A stretch of DNA of 64,000 bases from Methanoculleus sp. UBA303 (GTDB lineage: Archaea; Halobacteriota; Methanomicrobia; Methanomicrobiales; Methanoculleaceae): the NCBI RefSeq assembly GCF_002501655.1, contig NZ_DANY01000024.1. One strand, written 5' to 3'. A program made the position numbers and the translations under genes. Position 1 is the first letter of the stretch. Every line of letters begins with the position of its first letter. Below, one piece after another: positions 45,360-55,263 of this stretch. The notes under the pieces were generated by a model, which was not told the origin of the DNA, did no database searches, and saw only the letters and a program-made list of their open reading frames with translations.

Positions 45360-45843
45360 GGCGGTACCTGCCTGCGAGTTTGACGTATTCGCGCGCGTTG
45401 TGGGCGATGCCCTCCTGCTGCTCGGGTGTCGTCTCCCTGACCACTTTACCGGGCACGCCGAGGACCAGCGAGTGCGGCGGGATCTCCTTCCCTTCGGTGA
45501 CCACGGCGCCGGCGCCGATGATGGAGCCTTCCCCCACCACCGCGCCGTTCAGGACGACGGCGCCCATCCCGACGAGCACCCGATCACGGATGGTGCAGCC
45601 GTGCAGTATGGCGCCGTGGCCGACCGAGACCTCCGACCCGATACTGACCGGGAACCCGGGCGTGGTGTGGACGACGGCGTTGTCCTGGATGTTTGAGCCC
45701 GCTCCCACCGTGATTGTATCCCTGTCGGCCCGGACAACGGCGCCGAACCATATGCTCACATCGTCGGCGAGCGTCACGTCTCCGATGACTGTTGCGTTCT
45801 CCGCAGTAAAGACGCGGTCCCCCACAACTGATCCGCTCTCCAT
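45352..45843 (-). CDS. Gamma carbonic anhydrase-like hexapeptide repeat protein
   Basis: IWFGAVVRAD, NIQDNAVVH, VGHGAILHGC. Confidence 0.92.
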   Translation of the reverse strand: MESGSVVGDRVFTAENATVIGDVTLADDVSIWFGAVVRADRDTITVGAGSNIQDNAVVHTTPGFPVSIGSEVSVGHGAILHGCTIRDRVLVGMGAVVLNGAVVGEGSIIGAGAVVTEGKEIPPHSLVLGVPGKVVRETTPEQQEGIAHNAREYVKLAGRYRHG

Positions 45844-46058
45844 AGTATGTCTACTATTAGTCACGGCGATACAAAATGCTCTCCCTTGATGGCAGGGGAG
45901 GGGCTATATGCTCCCGGTCAGCGGGCCGGTGGGGCCCCGGGGGGAAGGGGAGATCGCTCCGGAGCCGGGCACCGGGTGCGCGGGCGCCCAGACCGGGATG
46001 CCCGCGGCATCCCGGGCCGATCACTACCCATAAAACCCCCCACAGCAAACCCCTCCTG

Positions 46059-46517
46059 ATGAGAGTCATGGTCGGGGGGACGTTCGATCCCCTCCATGCC
46101 GGGCACAGGAAACTCCTCTCCCGTTCCTTTGAACTGGCAGGGCCTGACGGTGAAGTGATCATCGGGCTGACGACCGATGAGTTTGCCGGAGCAAAGGTGC
46201 ACCCCGTCCGCCCGTACCAGGAGCGGCTCGCAAACGTCGCGTCTTTCATCAGGGAACGCGGCTACACTGCAGCCTGGAAGGTCGAGCCGCTCTCCGACCG
46301 CTACGGCAGTGCTCTTGACACGGACTTCGACATACTCGTCGTCTCCGAGGAGACCTTCCCGGTCGCCGTAGAGATCAACGAACTCCGGCGGAAGCGGGGA
46401 AGAAGAAGAGTGGATCTCCACGAGATATCATGTGTCCTTGCCGAAGACGGCCGGCGGATATCGAGCACACGGATCTGCCGGGGAGAGATCGACCGGCACG
46501 GACGCCTGATCAGATGA
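46059..46517 (+). CDS. coaD: Phosphopantetheine adenylyltransferase (archaeal)
   Basis: MRVMVGGTFDPLHAGH, GLTTD, VVSEET, ISSTRI. Confidence 0.92.
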   Translation: MRVMVGGTFDPLHAGHRKLLSRSFELAGPDGEVIIGLTTDEFAGAKVHPVRPYQERLANVASFIRERGYTAAWKVEPLSDRYGSALDTDFDILVVSEETFPVAVEINELRRKRGRRRVDLHEISCVLAEDGRRISSTRICRGEIDRHGRLIR

Positions 46518-46977
46518 TGTAGTTTGCTATATCATCCTTGATCAGCCAGTCGCAGTAGAGGCAGTGCAGCCCTTTTTCGAGCACCTCGAAGGTGCTCTCC
46601 ACCGGCTCGCTCGTGTTCGTGATGCAGCCGGGGTTCGGGCACCTGACAACGCCTTTGAGGACCTTCGGGATCTTCACACCCTTCTTCTCCACCACCTGGT
46701 AGTCCCGGATGATGTTGATCTTAGCCTGCGGTGCAATCAGGGCGATCCGATCAACCTCCTCTTTGCAGAGTTCCCGGTTCTCTATCTTGACAATATCCTT
46801 CTTCCCGAGCCTCTTACTCTCGACGTTTGTCGCAATGCTCAGGCACTCCCGGGTCGACCCGGTGATGCCGAGTATCCGCAGAACGTTGAGCGCCTCACCT
46901 GCCGTGATGTGGTCGATGACGGTGCCGTTCCTGATAGGGCTGACGAGCAGCCCCCCTGACGGGTCTTTTCTGCTCAT
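46510..46977 (-). CDS. pyrI: Aspartate carbamoyltransferase regulatory subunit
   Basis: IRNGTVIDHI, KDIVKIE, CPNPGCITN, CLYC. Confidence 0.97.
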   Translation of the reverse strand: MSRKDPSGGLLVSPIRNGTVIDHITAGEALNVLRILGITGSTRECLSIATNVESKRLGKKDIVKIENRELCKEEVDRIALIAPQAKINIIRDYQVVEKKGVKIPKVLKGVVRCPNPGCITNTSEPVESTFEVLEKGLHCLYCDWLIKDDIANYII

Positions 46978-47870
46978 TTCATCACCTCGTGGAGGAGCGC
47001 CATCCTGACGGGCACACCGTTCCTTGCCTGCTCAAAGTAGCGTGCATGCGGCGTGCGGTCCACCGCCGGGTCGATCTCCCCGGCGCGTGGGAGGGGGTGG
47101 AGGATCATCATGTGTTCCTTGACGCCGGTAAGAAGATCGGGCGTGATCCGGTAACTGGACGCGACGTTGTAGTAGGACGCCGAGTCCGGGAACCGTTCGC
47201 GCTGGATCCTCGTGACATAGAGGACGTCGAGATCCCGGATCACTTCCTCGACATCCGCATGCTCGATCACCTCCGTGCCGCGCTCCCGGAGTTCGAGGGT
47301 GATATTCGCCGGCATCTCGAGCCCTCCTGGCGCGATCGTGTGGAGCGTGACGCCGTAGAGGGAGAGTGCAAGCGCCAGCGAGTGTGCGGTCCTCCCATAG
47401 CGCAGGTCCCCGAGGAGCCCGACGCTGATTCCGTCGATCGGCATCGACTGCCTGATGGTGTAGAGGTCGAGCAGCGTCTGGCTCGGGTGCTGCCCCGCGC
47501 CGTCGCCGGCGTTGATGACCGGCACCGTGGCGAACTCGCTTGCCAGCCGCGCGGCCCCCTCCTTTGGGTGGCGGAGCACGATGGCGTCCGCATAACCGCT
47601 CAACACCCTGATGGTGTCTGCGAGCGTCTCTCCCTTGACAATGGAACTTGCCTCGACCGAATCGACGCTGATCCACCTTCCGCCGAGCCGCGCCATGGCC
47701 GTCGCAAACGACATCCGTGTCCGGGTGCTTGGTTCAAAGAAGAGGAGGGCTGCAAGTTTATCCTCAAGCATCCGGGGCCGGTACCCTCCGGTGTCAAACT
47801 CCCGTGCCCGGTCCAGCAGGTAATCGAGATCGCTCCTTTCAAAATCGCGGATAGAGATAATATGGTACAT
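46974..47870 (-). CDS. pyrB: Aspartate carbamoyltransferase catalytic subunit
   Basis: FFEPSTRTRMSF, HPSQTLLD, GDLRYGRT, HPLPR; start MYHIISI at 47870. Confidence 0.97.
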   Translation of the reverse strand: MYHIISIRDFERSDLDYLLDRAREFDTGGYRPRMLEDKLAALLFFEPSTRTRMSFATAMARLGGRWISVDSVEASSIVKGETLADTIRVLSGYADAIVLRHPKEGAARLASEFATVPVINAGDGAGQHPSQTLLDLYTIRQSMPIDGISVGLLGDLRYGRTAHSLALALSLYGVTLHTIAPGGLEMPANITLELRERGTEVIEHADVEEVIRDLDVLYVTRIQRERFPDSASYYNVASSYRITPDLLTGVKEHMMILHPLPRAGEIDPAVDRTPHARYFEQARNGVPVRMALLHEVMK

Positions 47871-48081
47871 CGTGTGGCTACCTTCCGGGGTTTTTAGTTC
47901 TGCTGGCGGGAGCGGCTCCCGAATCACCCTCCTCCCGCCGTGGTACGGATAAAACCCCTCTTCTCTCCTGAATACTGGTTCGCCCCGCACCCACTAATAC
48001 TTTTTTTCCGGACCCCCGGTCGACCCTCATGGGAACCTTTGTCTGGTTCGCCCGCCTCATACTACTTTGGGAGGAGATATC

Positions 48082-48267
48082 GTGTCCGAACCGAAGGAAG
48101 AGTATGCCCCGGAGGTTTGTTGCCACTGCGGGGGGCTTGGATGTCTGTACTGCAATAAAAAGGGCACCGTGATGGTGCCGCAACCCTCGCAGAAGTGCCA
48201 TCACTGCGACGGTGATTGCTGCATCTACTGCGGGTACACCGGGTGGGAACGCCCGCTGCGGGAGTGA
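48082..48267 (+). CDS. Cys-rich zinc-finger miniprotein, 61 aa
   Basis: GGAGGAG RBS before the GTG; two repeats of CxxCxGxx-CxYCxxxG. Confidence 0.75.
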   Translation: MSEPKEEYAPEVCCHCGGLGCLYCNKKGTVMVPQPSQKCHHCDGDCCIYCGYTGWERPLRE

Positions 48268-48635
48268 CCCCCTCTATCTGGCGGGGCTCGTCGGCGGCAT
48301 GATAAGGAGGACTCCCTCCGCACGGGGGAGGTGAGAGCGGCGCCCTTTCGTCAGGCTCACGTTCACCCCCCGCGGCGTACCCTCATGCCGGAGGCGGGTT
48401 AACATGACTGTATCGTATGCTGCGAGTCACTGTTACCGGCTGTACCCGACCGAGGGACAGAAGATTCTGATCGCCAGGGTTGGGGGAGGGTGAGCGCCCG
48501 GTCCCTGCAGCAGTCGATCGACCACCTTTCTCGTCTGTTCACGAATTACCTCAAGGGGTCTTCGCCGAAGAACGAATCCCATCATGTGCAATGGTATTAT
48601 AAAGGATGATACTGTTCTGGGCTGTGGTGAAGATC

Positions 48636-48929
48636 ATGATGTTTGTGGCTACTCTCGTACATTCGCCTGAACTCTGTCTTGCAAGGAAGGAATTTAGTCC
48701 TGAAACCAAGCTCTGGATTGATGGAATGGAGGATTCAGCGAAGAAACTCGGCGTAAAGGTTCACGGAGCGTATTCCTGTCCGACTGAGCATACATTCTAC
48801 TTTTTACTTGAATCAGACGATTTCAAGTCCATTACTGAATTCTTCTCGGGCATAATGCTTACCAATAATAATGGACGAATATCCCCCGTAAATCCCATTA
48901 AAGTATCTGCTGAAATTCTTATCAAGTGA
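48636..48929 (+). CDS. GYD/DUF3303-like ferredoxin-fold small protein
   Basis: TLVHSPELC, LGVKVHGAY...HTFYFLLESDD; GGTGA RBS; AT-richer than neighbours. Confidence 0.6.
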   Translation: MMFVATLVHSPELCLARKEFSPETKLWIDGMEDSAKKLGVKVHGAYSCPTEHTFYFLLESDDFKSITEFFSGIMLTNNNGRISPVNPIKVSAEILIK

Positions 48930-49122
48930 AGCAGGTTCTCCAGGTTGGAAAAAGAACGAATTTTATTTTTCACCCGCTTTCACTCTGTCCACACCCGGTC
49001 CCAATCACATTCTCCCGAATCAGCCCCGGTGATGGGTGATCTCTGGGTGCGGTGTCCCGATGCGGGTTCCGGTGGACCAAGAAGGAAAAATAGGAAGCCC
49101 CGCCCAGAAAGGGCGGGGCAGT

Positions 49123-49848
49123 TCACTTTCGTGCAATCGTGACGTAGCCGCTGTGGGCGACCCGGGTCGACGGGCGGGTTCCCCGGGCGGAGCGTGTCAG
49201 TTCCCGCTCCATGCACTCGTAGCAGTGGACGTCGCGGAAGAGCGGCGTTGCGGCATCGAGCGCGACGAACGTATGCTCGAGGAACGGTGTGTAGCATGCC
49301 AGGTAGCCGCCGGGCCGGAGGAGCGAGAAGGCGTGCTCCACGTGTGCCGGGGTTATCATCAGGTCCAGGTGGACGACGTCGAAGATACCGGTTGCCTCCA
49401 GTATATCGGCCGCGATCACCTCGACGTTCTCAAGGCGGGCGTTCCTGATGTTCCGCTCCGCGAGCCGGGCGAACTCCGGGCGCACCTCGTAGGTCTTCAC
49501 CTCGCGGGCGATATTCCCGAAGTAGATTGCGGCAACGCCGCTCCCGGTACCGGCGTCGAGGACAACGTCCTCGCGGTTCATCCCCGTGTAGGCGATCACG
49601 ATCCCGATATCCTTCGGGAGCATGGGTGCCCCGCTCCTCTTTGCGTGGACAAAGAAGTCGGTCGGCCGGGGGCGCAGGACCGTAAACGGGACGTCGAGGT
49701 GGGTCCTGATCTCGTCCCCGGGGTTCATACCTGCGAGCGCTCCACGGTCGATCATTCCCCGGTCGGTGGAGAACTGTCCCTCTTCTGCCTTCACGAAATA
49801 CTCGCGGTCCTCACCGACGAGCAGGAGGTACTCACCGGTCTCGATCAT
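49123..49848 (-). CDS. trmI: tRNA (adenine-N1)-methyltransferase
   Basis: PMLPKDIG, VLDAGTGSG, YEVRPEFA, HLD, HSGY. Confidence 0.92.
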   Translation of the reverse strand: MIETGEYLLLVGEDREYFVKAEEGQFSTDRGMIDRGALAGMNPGDEIRTHLDVPFTVLRPRPTDFFVHAKRSGAPMLPKDIGIVIAYTGMNREDVVLDAGTGSGVAAIYFGNIAREVKTYEVRPEFARLAERNIRNARLENVEVIAADILEATGIFDVVHLDLMITPAHVEHAFSLLRPGGYLACYTPFLEHTFVALDAATPLFRDVHCYECMERELTRSARGTRPSTRVAHSGYVTIARK

Positions 49849-50186
49849 TGTTGTGCGAGTCTCAGGATCGCTTCGGCGATGTCGCCGCGAGTCTCGATGA
49901 GGGTCGCCCTTGCAACCTCCCCGGCAACGCCGGTCTGGGATACGACGAGGGCAACGTCTTCGTCGGGGATCTCCGGGGCCGCCCCTTCAAACCGGGCCTC
50001 TCCGGTGAGCTGGTAGGTGGTGACCCCCTGCATGGTGGTTGCGACGACCTGGGCCTCGTCAAAGACGTAGTTGCCCGCGGGCGTGTAGATAACTACCTTC
50101 TCCACGCCCTCGATCTCCTCCATCTCCATGCCCATCTGCTTCATCATCTGTTTCATCTTTTTTGGGTTTACTTTGCCTGGAAACAT
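49845..50186 (-). CDS. nac: Nascent polypeptide-associated complex protein
   Basis: NPKKMKQMMKQMG, NAC domain, C-terminal UBA (GDIAEAI). Confidence 0.96.
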   Translation of the reverse strand: MFPGKVNPKKMKQMMKQMGMEMEEIEGVEKVVIYTPAGNYVFDEAQVVATTMQGVTTYQLTGEARFEGAAPEIPDEDVALVVSQTGVAGEVARATLIETRGDIAEAILRLAQQ

Positions 50187-50665
50187 TCGGATCCTCTCCC
50201 CTGTCGTACTTTTACCGCTACACCGTAATTAAATGCCAGCATCTCCCGGCCGGAGAGCAGGGCTGCGCCGGTGGCAAGGAGCACGTCGTCCCCGGTCACC
50301 ACCAGCACCTCGTCCCCTGCACGGATGCCGTCATCGGCGGCGACGACATGCTTTGCCATCGCATTCTTCCCATCCGCAATGAACGCTGCTACGTCCTCCT
50401 GTACCGCCACCCGGTAGGCCGGGGGAGCAAGGACGGCCGCGAGACGCGCCGCTCCGGCGACCCCGAGGGTCAGGCGGCCATCCTGTGCTCTGACAGTGGC
50501 AAGCCTCTCTTTTCCGAGCCGCACCTGGCGGATGCGCCCTGTCGTGGAGAACTGGAAGGTGCATTCATCGGGGAATACCGCAACTCCTGCCCCGGCGCCG
50601 AACTGGAAGTCAGCTATGACCCGGATCCGCTGAAGCAAACTGTCTTTTGAGTATTCGGTTGACAC
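50168..50665 (-). CDS. PUA domain protein (TgtA C-terminal-like)
   Basis: IADFQFGAGAG, GRIRQV, GKNAMAKHV, IRAGDEVLV; GTG start after AGGAG. Confidence 0.85.
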   Translation of the reverse strand: MSTEYSKDSLLQRIRVIADFQFGAGAGVAVFPDECTFQFSTTGRIRQVRLGKERLATVRAQDGRLTLGVAGAARLAAVLAPPAYRVAVQEDVAAFIADGKNAMAKHVVAADDGIRAGDEVLVVTGDDVLLATGAALLSGREMLAFNYGVAVKVRQGRGSECFQAK

Positions 50666-52013
50666 TATCAACAAACTCCTCTTCTCTATCGTGGGGAATA
50701 AACGCACCGGCCGCAATCCGATGTCCGCCGCCTGCGCCGCCCACCTCTGCCGACGCCTCGACGAGCGCCTCCTGCAGGTCGACTCCCCGGGCGAGCGCCC
50801 ACTCGTTGGTCCGCATCGAGACCTTGGTTACCTCCGGTTCGTCCACCATCGCGGCGAGCACCATGATCGGTTTTCTCCAGTTCAGTTTGGAGAGCGCCAT
50901 GCCCGCCCCGATCCCGACGATAGTGTCGGGGAACCGGTCGCCGGTGTGGACGTACTGGAGGTGCGAGAGCTCGGTCACCCCGGTATCAAGGATGTACTGG
51001 AGCAGGTCCCGGATGACCGAGCGGTGGTGAGCGAGCATGTACTCCGCCTCGCGGTAGGCGTCCCCGCGGTCCCCGCGGCAGATGCTCCCCCCGACCCTGG
51101 GCTTTGCCCACCGGCCGCAGGCGTTGAGCAGGGTGGCGTACTCGGAGGCGTTCCGGAGCGGTGTCCGTTCCGGCTCGTCGGGGAAGATGTAGGTCTCGGC
51201 GAGGAGGCGGTCGGTCTCCCTCCCGTGTGCGATGAGTTGCTGGGCAAGGGCGCTGATGATCGTGCGTCTGTCGTCGAACGGGAGTTCTTCCCAGACGAGC
51301 CAGCCTCCCCGGGACGACTTCAACTCGACGCCGAGCCTCTCAAGGAACCTGAGCGCCCCGCTCGTGCTGTTCGAGATCCCGTCGATGTAAGGGTCGTCGC
51401 AGTAGCCGAGGCAGACGTGGACGGGGCGGGTGGACGTCCCATAGCAGTTCAGGTCCGGCTTCTGCACGATGATGTTGCCATACTCCACGCCGTCCTGGAC
51501 GATATCGCGTGCCGGGCCGACCAGCCCGCAGTTCTCCCGGGCCATCATATCTCCGACGTTCCCGACCACGGCGAGCTTCGCGAGGTCGGTGCTCGCCGGA
51601 TCGATCGCTTTTGCGACCAGGTATGCTATGCCTGCGGCGCTCATCCGGGTAACGCCGTGGTCCAGGCAGTTCACCTGGGGGTAGGCTGTGGGGCAGGGCT
51701 GGCTGACGTGGTGGTCGAGGATCAGGACGTCGTCCGCACAGAGACCGTGCTCCGCGAGAAGGTTCTGCTGGCCGGCCCCGAGATCGGTGAAGAGTTTTAA
51801 GGAGTCGTCCTTCGGGATGTGGCGCATCGCCATCGGCTCGAGCTGGCGGACGAAGACCGAGTCGACCGGTATGCCCTCACGGATGAGCGCCTGCGCAAGG
51901 ATAGACTCCGTGCTGATGCCGTCGGCGTCGATGTGGGAGATGATCGTCACCGACTCCGCTTCGCAGATACTATCTGCCGCTCTCCGCAGATCGTTTTCGA
52001 GGCCCATCTCCAT
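50610..52013 (-). CDS. RecJ-like DHH/DHHA1 phosphoesterase
   Basis: SHIDADG, FTDLG, ILDHH, GGGHRIAAG. Confidence 0.92.
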   Translation of the reverse strand: MEMGLENDLRRAADSICEAESVTIISHIDADGISTESILAQALIREGIPVDSVFVRQLEPMAMRHIPKDDSLKLFTDLGAGQQNLLAEHGLCADDVLILDHHVSQPCPTAYPQVNCLDHGVTRMSAAGIAYLVAKAIDPASTDLAKLAVVGNVGDMMARENCGLVGPARDIVQDGVEYGNIIVQKPDLNCYGTSTRPVHVCLGYCDDPYIDGISNSTSGALRFLERLGVELKSSRGGWLVWEELPFDDRRTIISALAQQLIAHGRETDRLLAETYIFPDEPERTPLRNASEYATLLNACGRWAKPRVGGSICRGDRGDAYREAEYMLAHHRSVIRDLLQYILDTGVTELSHLQYVHTGDRFPDTIVGIGAGMALSKLNWRKPIMVLAAMVDEPEVTKVSMRTNEWALARGVDLQEALVEASAEVGGAGGGHRIAAGAFIPHDREEEFVDSVNRILKRQFASADPGHS

Positions 52014-52538
52014 AGTAGTGCGTCGCGGATATCAATAAACCATGCGAGCGTGAGGGGAAACGGGGAGTAGTCGAATCCCCCTCCATCTATCCTGCACCTT
52101 TGAGTGTGTGTGCACCTTTGAATGTGTGGTTTGAGTCTTCGAGTGACGGATTGCATAGTCTCCACTCCTCGGCGCTCATATTCCCTTCTATCGCATGTAC
52201 CTGTAAACAGATTTCAAGTGAATATCGCCCCGCAGGGGGGGTGGGGACAGGGGAGGAGGGTTGCTCCCCCCTCCGCGTCAGCCCCTTCCCCCAATGGCGA
52301 TGTCTCCACGGTCCACCGTACCGGGCTTTTGCCGGTCCCAGCCATTCTATCTAACGCAACCTGCGCTCATTACCTCTCTGGTTAGAGAAGGTTGCCACCT
52401 TCGACCATTCAACCTCTGTCGATGATCGTGCACACATCCTGCCCACACGCTGGCTAACTCCCCGCAAATCCCCTTCAAAAACTATCTAAGAAAGAAACGC
52501 CATAGCACCCATCAGGCAACCTTCCGGGAGGGGGACAG

Positions 52539-53942
52539 ATGACAGTAAACGAAATGCGGGAGTTTCTGGAGACCGGCGTGATCAGCGCCGGCCGGATGCG
52601 GGCGGTCGAAGAGAACGCAGCGGCGTTCGGTCTTTCCTCGCTTCTGATGATGGAGAGCGCCGGCCGGGCACTCGCGGATGCCGTCCTCGCCTATAACCCC
52701 TCCCGTGTCCTCGTCCTCTGCGGGAGGGGGAACAACGGCGGCGACGGAATGGTGGCAGCCCGGTACCTCCAGCACCTCGACGCGGTCGATGTCGTCTACC
52801 CGTACTGCGGCTCAATGACCCCGGAGGCCGCAGCCCAAGCATCCCTTCTCCGGCACTCCTCCGTTGCCCTCCATCCGGTCAGGTGCGCGGCCGACGTCGA
52901 GCCTCTCCGCCGCCTTTTTGAGGAAACAGAGATCATAATCGACGCTATGCTCGGGACCGGGGCCTCGGGCGCGGTGCGGGAACCGCTCGCGACCCTTGTT
53001 ACCCGGGCAAACGCAAGCCCGGCGCCGGTCGTCGCCGTCGATATACCCACTCCCGGCATCCGGGCGAGCCGGGTCATATCGTTCCACCGGCCCAAGGCGG
53101 AGGGCGCAGACGTCGCCGATATCGGCATCCCGATCGAGGCGGAGGTCTACACCGGCCCCGGCGACCTCACGCTCGTCCCGGCCCGGGCGCCCGGGGCCCA
53201 CAAGGGTGCCGGCGGAGAGGTGCTGGTGGTCGGGGGCGGGCCCTACCAGGGGGCGCCCTACATCGCGGCCATGGGAGCACTCCGCGCCGGGGCCGACATC
53301 GTGCGGATCGCCTCCCCCGCCTACATCCCTATGCCCGACCTGATCTACGAGCGCCTGGAAGGAGACGCGGTCACGAAAGATCACCTGGAGACGATCCTCC
53401 GCCTCGTCGATCGGGCTGACGTGGTCGTCTGCGGCATGGGCCTTGGGAAGGCGAGCCACGGTGTCGTGCTCGCCATCGCGGAGGCGGCAGAGAGAGCGGT
53501 CTTTGATGCCGATGCGCTCGCCAGCCCCCTGCCGGTAGCAAAGGAGACGATCTATACCCCACACGCCGGCGAGTTCGCCCGGATGACCGGGACCGAACCC
53601 CCGGCGGACCTCGTAGCGCGCGGCCGGTGCGTGAAGGCTGCCGCAACGACGGGGACCGTTCTGCTCAAAGGTCCGGTCGACGTCATCTCCGACGGGGCTC
53701 GGGTCAGGTTCAACCGGACCGGGACCCCGGCCATGACTGTCGGGGGGACGGGCGACCTGCTCGCCGGTGTCGCCGGAGCGCTCTTCTGCCACCTTCCGGC
53801 GTTCGAGACAGCCTGCGTAGCGGCGTACGCGAGCGGGAATGCCGGTATGCGGGCCGCAGAAGAGCGGGGGTGCGGTATGCTCGCCACCGATATGCTCGAC
53901 TACATCCCGGAAGAACTCTTCCGGCGGAGAGCGCCGGAGTAG
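52539..53942 (+). CDS. nnr: Bifunctional NAD(P)H-hydrate epimerase/dehydratase (YjeF)
   Basis: LMMESAG, GRGNNGGDG, IDAMLGTG, HKG..G, FDADAL, TPHAGEF, GGTGDLLAG. Confidence 0.95.
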   Translation: MTVNEMREFLETGVISAGRMRAVEENAAAFGLSSLLMMESAGRALADAVLAYNPSRVLVLCGRGNNGGDGMVAARYLQHLDAVDVVYPYCGSMTPEAAAQASLLRHSSVALHPVRCAADVEPLRRLFEETEIIIDAMLGTGASGAVREPLATLVTRANASPAPVVAVDIPTPGIRASRVISFHRPKAEGADVADIGIPIEAEVYTGPGDLTLVPARAPGAHKGAGGEVLVVGGGPYQGAPYIAAMGALRAGADIVRIASPAYIPMPDLIYERLEGDAVTKDHLETILRLVDRADVVVCGMGLGKASHGVVLAIAEAAERAVFDADALASPLPVAKETIYTPHAGEFARMTGTEPPADLVARGRCVKAAATTGTVLLKGPVDVISDGARVRFNRTGTPAMTVGGTGDLLAGVAGALFCHLPAFETACVAAYASGNAGMRAAEERGCGMLATDMLDYIPEELFRRRAPE

Positions 53943-54017
53943 CCTGCCGGCCCGCCCCACGGTGGCCCGGAGGCGCCCTCTTTTATCCCCAAAAGAACAG
54001 AAGATCTCTTGATATAC

Positions 54018-54512
54018 ATGAACAAGTCCGGCGAACATGGTGAAAGCCCGGTCTTCACCCACATAGAGAACGACCGCGCGCAGATGGTGGATATCTCGGG
54101 AAAGACCGAGGTCATCCGCGAAGCAGTTGCGAGCGGTAGAATCTACCTGCGGAGCGCGACGCTCCGCGCCATCCGGGAAGGAACCGCGGTCAAGGGCAAC
54201 GTGCTTGCGACCGCGCGGGTGGCGGCTACCCTCGCGGTGAAGGACACCCCACGCATCATTCCCATGTGCCACCCCATACCGCTCGGGGGCATCACCATTG
54301 ATTTTGAGGAGGGAGACGGCTACATCGAGGCGACCGCCCGCGTGAAGTCCCACGGGAGGACGGGTGTCGAGATGGAAGCCCTCACCGGTGTCTCCGTTGC
54401 TCTTCTCACCGTCTGGGACATGGTCAAGTCGGCGGAGAAAGACGAGAACGGGCAGTATCCGGTCACCAGGATCGATGCCATCCACGTCGTAGAGAAGCGG
54501 AAGGGGATCTAG
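54018..54512 (+). CDS. moaC: Cyclic pyranopterin monophosphate synthase
   Basis: MVDISGK, KGNVL, IPMCHP, TGVEMEALT, DMVKS. Confidence 0.96.
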   Translation: MNKSGEHGESPVFTHIENDRAQMVDISGKTEVIREAVASGRIYLRSATLRAIREGTAVKGNVLATARVAATLAVKDTPRIIPMCHPIPLGGITIDFEEGDGYIEATARVKSHGRTGVEMEALTGVSVALLTVWDMVKSAEKDENGQYPVTRIDAIHVVEKRKGI

Positions 54513-54641
54513 GTTCTCCTGCGGGCACGGCGCTGGGAAAAAGGAATTCTTTATTAACGCTCTCGTCAACCTGTTAGGAACCACGGGATACGTCCCGGAA
54601 AGGCATGTGGCGGAAACGCTGAACCTGAGGTGATCTGAAAA

Positions 54642-55232
54642 ATGGCGAAATCAATGTATGCCTACGTTCGGGAGGCATGGAAGCGGCCTGATAGGTCGGA
54701 AGTGAAAGGTCTCCTCTGGGAGCGCCTCCAGAAGTGGCGGCGCGAGGGGAGTGTCGTGCGTGTGGAGCATCCGACCCGGATCGACCGGGCCCGCTCGCTT
54801 GGCTACAAGGCCAAACAGGGGATCGTCGTTGTGCGGGTCAAGGTCCGCCGCGGCGGCCGGAGGAAGCCCCGGTACATCCGCGGGCGCAGAACCGCACGCA
54901 TGGGCATGCGCCGGATGACCCCGGCAAAGAGTCTGCAGCGTATGGCCGAAGAGCGTGCGTCCCGCAAGTTCCCGAACATGGAGGCCTTAAACTCCTACTG
55001 GGTCGGGGAGGACGGACGGTCCAGGTGGTTTGAGGTGATCCTGGTCGACGGTCATCACCCGTCGATCCGGAGCGACCGCAACCTCGCATGGCTGGCTGAC
55101 CCCGTTCACCGGGGTCGGGCAGAGCGCGGCAAGACCTCTGCCGGCATGAAGGGCCGCGGCATGCGGACGCGTGGGCGTGGGACCGAGAAGACCCGCCCGA
55201 GCATCCGTTCCAATGCAAACCGCGGCAAATAA
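54642..55232 (+). CDS. rpl15e: 50S ribosomal protein L15e
   Basis: [32 protein letters not shown]. Confidence 0.98.
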   Translation: MAKSMYAYVREAWKRPDRSEVKGLLWERLQKWRREGSVVRVEHPTRIDRARSLGYKAKQGIVVVRVKVRRGGRRKPRYIRGRRTARMGMRRMTPAKSLQRMAEERASRKFPNMEALNSYWVGEDGRSRWFEVILVDGHHPSIRSDRNLAWLADPVHRGRAERGKTSAGMKGRGMRTRGRGTEKTRPSIRSNANRGK

Positions 55233-55263
55233 ATACCCCTTTTTTGCATACGGCCTGCCCACG

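Noticed and set aside
48473-48513. GCCAGG...AGCAG resembling SRP RNA helix 8
   Set aside because: About 30 nt separate the motifs instead of a short GNRA-capped stem, and no other SRP features were recognised.
52093-52524. 18-bp tandem repeat (52093-52128) and 10-bp inverted repeat GAAGGTTGCC/GGCAACCTTC (52387, 52515) between the RecJ-like gene and nnr
   Set aside because: Only two copies each, with no transposase, target duplication or recognisable RNA motif; compatible with ordinary divergent-promoter sequence.
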